A stretch of DNA of 64,000 nucleotides, from the NCBI GenBank assembly GCA_041937175.2, contig CP166615.1:4352001-4416000 (forward strand), in the 5' to 3' direction. Of this stretch, positions 60,701 to 64,000 are shown piece after piece; position 1 is the stretch's first letter; the number at the start of each line of letters is the position of its first letter. This DNA is from Limnothrix sp. BL-A-16. GTDB taxonomy: Bacteria > Cyanobacteriota > Cyanobacteriia > CACIAM-69d. Made by a program: the position numbers and the translations under genes. The notes beneath the pieces were generated by a model. That model had not been told where the DNA came from, did not search any database, and saw only the letters and a program-made list of their open reading frames with translations.

Positions 60701-63418
60701 AGTTTGCTGGCCGGCGACTGCACGATGGCGGTGGCCGGGGGCGTGAGCCTCACCTTGCACCCATTCCGCTATCTCTACCTCAGTCAATGGGGCTTTTTAT
60801 CCCGCGATGGCCGTTGCCGCAGTTTTGGGGAGGGAGGCGATGGCTATGTGCCGGGCGAGGGCGTGGGGGCCGTGTTGCTCAAGCCCTTGGCCCAGGCCCG
60901 GGCAGATGGTGACTTCATTTGGGGCGTAATCCGGGGCAGTGGCATTAACCACGGCGGCCGGGTGAATGGCTTTACGGTTCCCAGCGGGCCGGCCCAAACG
61001 GAGTCGATCGAGCGATCGCTGGCGGCGGCGGGCATCCAGTTTGGAGACTTGCAGTATGTGGAATGTCACGGCACGGGCACGGCCCTGGGCGATCCGATCG
61101 AAGTGGGTGGGCTGGCCACCGTGGCCCAACGGCAGGGATATCAGGGCGATCAAATTCCCCTGGGTTCCGTCAAGTCCAACATTGGGCATTTGGAAGCCGC
61201 GTCGGGTATCGCGGGCCTAACCAAGGTTTTGCTGGCCATGCGCCATGACACCATCCCCGGCACGCTGCATTGCAACCCGCCGAATCCCAATATTGCCTTT
61301 TCGGAACTGCCTTTTCGGGTTCTGGCCCAAGCGCAACCTTGGCCCAAGGGCGATCGCCCCCGGTTTTCCTGCGTGAATAGCTTTGGAGCCGGTGGATCCA
61401 ATGCCCATTTAATTGTGGAAGATTGGCCAACCCTACAGCCAAAACCCAGCAGCGCCGGCCCCTGGTTAATTGTCCTGAGTGCCCGCACGGTCAATCAACT
61501 CACGCAACAGGCCAGCCAACTGCATCGCCATCTGCGCACCGAGCGGCCGAACCTGGATGATGTGGCTTGGACGCTGCAAGGGGGGCGCGAACCCCTCGCG
61601 GAACGCCTGGCCCTGGTGGCCGATCGGCTGGACACCCTGTTAGAGCAGCTTGCAACGTTTCGCCAAGGCCAGCTCCCCGCTGGCGGATGGCGAGGCCAGG
61701 TGCTGGCGGGGGCCGACCCCATTCCCGCGCCCGTCCTGCCCGAATCTGGGATGCCCACGGCTGCCACGCTGGCATTGCTCGCCCAGGCCTGGACTCAGGG
61801 GGCTGAAATTGACTGGCAACGGCTGCGATCGCCCGGGAGTCAACGGATTCCCCTGCCGGGCTATCCCTTTGCCAAGGATGCCTATTGGCTCACCAGCGCC
61901 GCGCCGCCGCCGTTCCCCCCGCAAGGGTCATCCCCAGTTCAAGCCCAAGTTCAAGCCCAAACTGCGTCTCCAACCAACTCGCAGCCCATGCCCCCAGCGG
62001 CAGCGCCTTCGCCTACTGGGCGATCGACCGTTTCCGGCGATGACGGGGCGATCGCGATTATTGGCATGGGCTGCCACTTTCCCAACGCCCACAACCCCGC
62101 CGAATTTTGGGCCAACCTGCTAGCGGGCCGCAGCAGCATTGAGGAATTGCCGCCCGATTTTTGGCATCGGCCCGCATCATCGGAAATGTCATCGTTTTCT
62201 GACTTGCAAGGCGCGATCGATCCCAACGCCACCGGCACGCCCCCGCGCTGGGCTGGCCGGATCACCCCCCGTTCCCTTTCTCAGTTTTCGGATCTCTGGC
62301 CCGATGGTATGACCCAGACTTTGGATCCGGGCAGCGCGGAACTGCTCAGTATTTTTGCGGAGACGCTCCAGGATGCTGGCTATGGCGTGGGAGATTGGCG
62401 GGGCGAGTCCGTGGGTTTATTTGTGAGCACAGGGGTCACTTTTGCTCCCGGTTTGACCGCCCAATTGTTGGGTTGGCGCGGCCCCAGTCTGGTATTGAAC
62501 GCTACGGATTCCGCATCCCTTGGGGCCTTGCATCTCGCCTGTCAAAGCCTGCGCAGCGGAGAATGCCACGTTGCCATGGTGGCCGGTTTGCATCTGCTGG
62601 AATCGGGCCAGCTCCCTGCCAGTTGGGCGGCGGCCAAGCTTCTGTCCCTTGACGGCCAACATCGGGCCTTTGATGCAGCGGCCAAGGGCGCGGTGCTCGG
62701 AGAAGGAGGCGGGGCCCTGTTGCTCCGGCCCCTGAGCCAGGCGATCGCGGAGGGCGATCGAATCTATGCGGTCATTGAAAGTTCTGCGATCGCCCAAGAT
62801 AGCCCTCCCTTTGGACTGCCCCTGCCCACCGTCACCGGCCAGCAACGGGTGATTGAACAGGCTTGGGCCCGATCGGGTCTGGATCCAGCCGCCTTGGGCT
62901 ACCTCGAAGCGCACGGTTTAGCCACCCCCCTAAGCGACCCCGTGGAACTGAAGGCCCTTTCCCAGGCTATTCGCCAACACACCGCCGCTACCCAGTTCTG
63001 TGCGATCGGCTGCGTGAAAAGCAATATTGGCCACCTGCTCAGCGCGGCGGGTATTGCCAGCCTGATCAAAACCGCCCTGATTTTGCATCACGGCCAAATT
63101 CCACCCACCTTGCACTGTGACCAACCTCACCCGCGCCTGAACCTGGAACAATCTCCATTCTTTTTGGCGCGTCAGGCTCAGCCCTGGCCATCTCAGCACC
63201 CCATCCGTCGAGCAGCGGTTAGCTCCTTTGGCCTGGATGGCAGCAATAGCCACGCGATCCTGCGGGACTTTTCCCCCATGGCCGCCATGGCTTCCGAATT
63301 CCGAACTCCCCAGGAATCCCAGTCCCGATCGGCCCCAGTGGCCGCCGGGCGATCGGCCGCCTCGCCTTCCTATCCTGCCCTGCTGAGTTTTCAGGAACTA
63401 ACCGTCAGCAAGGCTTGA
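54773..63418 (+). CDS. AT-less (trans-AT) type I polyketide synthase: KS-DH-KR-ACP-KS-KS*(Cys>Asp)
   Basis: KS1 and KS2 have DTACSSS/HGTGT/GHL; DH H(FLNG...P) and LDG..Q; KR GGSGALA/LDD/YVVAN; ACP LGLESL; KS3 NATDSAS/HGLAT; no GHSxG AT, ER or TE. Start 54773 or 54728. Confidence 0.92.
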   Translation: MTQDIAVIGLAGRFPGAADIDEFWGNLAAGVNSIGEIPPDRWDHQAYREQTGNKWGGFLKDWRSFDAGFFAISPREAKYMDPQQRLLLEVAWHCVEEAGLSLASLRQQPTGVYLGAMTMDYWQVTTDPQVEIDGFSGLGSYSCILSNRLSHVLGLSGPSLTLDTACSSSLVAIHLARQALLSGECELAFAGGVTLNHRPWKHLSFSRARMLSPTGQCRTFDAQADGYVPGEGCGVLLLQPLERAIAQNRRIFGVIRGSAVNHSAVGESITAPNVGRQARLLKAAYADAQVDPATVTYVEAHGTGTSLGDPIEMEALSQAFRTTAKAIGYCQVGSVKTNIGHLEAAAGIAGVIKVLMMLQHRQIPASLNLTTPNPLIDFTTSPFVPAVALGSWEPAAVDLPLRAGVSSFGFGGSNAHLVLEEPPRLPVVAEGAGSPLALATGDPGQGAPEMGDRATAVIPFLLSAKSARSLAALVAQWGQEGAQRVAAADLGTIAANLALGRESLPWRFGCLASSWADVQRALAQFELPSQPVAATVETPSEARSTLGRLVQDPEAFKALWASVALPEADWESVLQVARTLWRRQMTFTRFVETWRQPLAQAGIDLDSVLQAPLQSESSSPLRSAVLQSDSLRSNAPHPEHRILVFVAIRSSLARLCQKWDLTDRYPTGSAALAELARAFTVGVLDPAMDWPVLLSGLLPDRPRSVAELPEALAPEDGGSSVQSALAAWLAGRPVDWSAHFPATYPKLSLPRYPFDRQLYWLFPKTSEGDRPAPLPAATAAREVLPSSGASSERWEQVFPETDLVLRSHFLNGRWILPAASFIGLAWDAVTRSLGRSPGLLTEITLHQAVALGVGDAEAVTLGAQVELPNRVQVWQRDRLILSATFTDSSSELPLDQVAGRSPDSHAVGRDGVGEISGTAIYAALRSRGYQYGRALQVIHQAQITDEVATFQLQAPNRTAFLDGILQAAVYLHQQWFAERGGDPRDFVVPGQVVGCWWGSQLQAQWESSSASAISPTASPDRSADLETGEPSSWVTVRFERQQCRAQATESQFSAIAIGTDGRPLAMIRELTLAAAPLLAPEVSYFETDWTVLPAATASPTQATAAPTIIFAQGAAWGLALRQRLRSQGIEAQLCLAGSTFEVLGDRVCQWDWTDPDQVRQGLTHLLAPEQFRAIAGADAIDSPLSPTLVYWVTAPPAAGSGHGLRGDRDWVTQAEADLNQGVRGCFLFLQRWAKVRPADPLQLLAVTFDAQAVTPSDRVLGFATAGIDALGRTVALELPQIRLKSLDLALGLTVGEASAMIAAEAATPWEHDRVAYRGGDRYGAELRAVAPGSAPPLPVSVLEPGSCILITGGSGALAAEVAEAIALQTAVHFLLVGRSPRRAQTDQLIALLESLGSTADYLQVDLCQEADLDRLTETLKTTHRAIHGVIHTAGQLDDRLFHAQTLASLDRLIAPKFLGALRLEQRLQDQPVAFWLGFSSITVAAGNPGQANYVVANRLLEAFCAYRDRHWPGRAGAIQWGLWRSRGMGATDMLAERFQRSGMEPFSAAAGRFAFLDVLTSDRPQPVLVTGKGTDATIFERFSRSRPAPNVAPALPAPLTPAAIAPSAPPPQPTPSIATIEQELAALVARTLNTDPQSVPRQEGFFSLGLESLMIEEIVATLEKQYSGLRPTVLFDYPNIKVLATHLAQLTAPAGSTTAPATPSPAAPSPLASVPSPVAPAPTQVTRSPNPVPFLGPQALAAKAPDLKTSDIQAPEVKAPEAKVPDTGATNTQAPIPQTQSLELPDRQRPPGGYDIAIIGIDGCYPQSPDLETFWQNLYQGRSCVTEVPANRWDYQPYFAETKQPNRTYGKWGGFIPGVEEFDPLFFNIAPKEAKQIDPQARLFLQSVWHTMENAGYGSRQSRRGERVGLFVGAMWHDYSHVARDLSWSADQPSGAGALFWIIANRVSHFLDFTGPSLAIDTACSSSLTAIHLACQSLLAGDCTMAVAGGVSLTLHPFRYLYLSQWGFLSRDGRCRSFGEGGDGYVPGEGVGAVLLKPLAQARADGDFIWGVIRGSGINHGGRVNGFTVPSGPAQTESIERSLAAAGIQFGDLQYVECHGTGTALGDPIEVGGLATVAQRQGYQGDQIPLGSVKSNIGHLEAASGIAGLTKVLLAMRHDTIPGTLHCNPPNPNIAFSELPFRVLAQAQPWPKGDRPRFSCVNSFGAGGSNAHLIVEDWPTLQPKPSSAGPWLIVLSARTVNQLTQQASQLHRHLRTERPNLDDVAWTLQGGREPLAERLALVADRLDTLLEQLATFRQGQLPAGGWRGQVLAGADPIPAPVLPESGMPTAATLALLAQAWTQGAEIDWQRLRSPGSQRIPLPGYPFAKDAYWLTSAAPPPFPPQGSSPVQAQVQAQTASPTNSQPMPPAAAPSPTGRSTVSGDDGAIAIIGMGCHFPNAHNPAEFWANLLAGRSSIEELPPDFWHRPASSEMSSFSDLQGAIDPNATGTPPRWAGRITPRSLSQFSDLWPDGMTQTLDPGSAELLSIFAETLQDAGYGVGDWRGESVGLFVSTGVTFAPGLTAQLLGWRGPSLVLNATDSASLGALHLACQSLRSGECHVAMVAGLHLLESGQLPASWAAAKLLSLDGQHRAFDAAAKGAVLGEGGGALLLRPLSQAIAEGDRIYAVIESSAIAQDSPPFGLPLPTVTGQQRVIEQAWARSGLDPAALGYLEAHGLATPLSDPVELKALSQAIRQHTAATQFCAIGCVKSNIGHLLSAAGIASLIKTALILHHGQIPPTLHCDQPHPRLNLEQSPFFLARQAQPWPSQHPIRRAAVSSFGLDGSNSHAILRDFSPMAAMASEFRTPQESQSRSAPVAAGRSAASPSYPALLSFQELTVSKA

Positions 63419-64000
63419 GCGATCGGGACAGCAGCCAGTGGCCTTGGTTCGATCGTGGGGCGATGTTTAACCGCAGATCGCTAGGGGCCAGAATTCGCCA
63501 GCAGCGGGCCCGCATCTCCGGCCATGCCGATCCGATCGTGCTCGCCAGGCCGCAGCCATTCAAGTTGGGGCTTGGAAGATGGCTATTCAGACCCTCCAAA
63601 GGTCTCCATTCAAACAGGATCACAAATAGCCCTCCACTTTTTCCTCCTTTAAACATTCTTGCGATCGCAAAATTAGGCCCCAAGAAATCCGGTGAGCCTC
63701 CCTTGAACCTCCTTGCCATCTTGGAGCCATCCAGATTCTGAAGGAGATTGTATTGAAATTAACAAATCAAGGAACCCCAACGCCCAATGAAAATATTTGA
63801 GACTCATCCTATGTAACTTTCAATACTTGCTATTTCCTTGGAGTTGCTCTTTAAAAATTCAAGTTAAGAACCGTAAACAAAACTAAGTTTTAGAGATGCT
63901 GAAATCCTGTAAAGCGAGCAATGCTTAGGTTTTGTCCTTTACTTCCGCATAGTCAACCAAGGAGTATCATCTCCATAAACCGATCCATAAACATAATTTT

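Noticed and set aside
63415..63741. 108-aa ORF overlapping the PKS stop codon
   Set aside because: TTG start, no domain-like features and atypical composition; not an ACP or TE
1..64000. cas genes, integrase or transposase genes, tRNA and rRNA
   Set aside because: None recognised in the ORF track or by eye, so neither the array nor the PKS cluster can be assigned to an autonomous mobile element from this window

Overview
Cyanobacterial chromosomal DNA, judged from very frequent HIP1 octamers (GCGATCGC) and cyanobacterial genes such as crtD, CRR6, plqA, cyaC and Uma2 nucleases. The first ~39 kb is mostly core genome: rne-rnhB, a sugar ABC ATPase, crtD, a ClC-CBS-USP transporter, arsS, coaE, an HtrA protease, dtd, trhO, thrB, rbsK, zur, purS, plqA, an LRR-TPR-CHAT protein, cyaC and lepA. 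It is interrupted by a two-gene nuclease cassette flanked by a 148-bp duplication of the crtD 3' end, and by several MITE/REP-like repeats. A 40-repeat type I-B-like CRISPR array (39303-42165) follows, with no cas genes in the window. The last ~21 kb is the main candidate for an undescribed system: a co-oriented trans-AT polyketide gene cluster. It encodes a small unknown protein, an ABC1/UbiB kinase, a LamG protein carrying a second copy of the small domain, a patatin, a GT1 glycosyltransferase, a second small unknown protein, a stand-alone condensation/acyltransferase, two AT/AH enzymes, a PPTase and a ~2.9k-aa KS-DH-KR-ACP-KS-KS* PKS whose last KS has Asp in place of the catalytic Cys. The cluster may continue past the window. 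All calls come from motif recognition by eye; no database searches were run.
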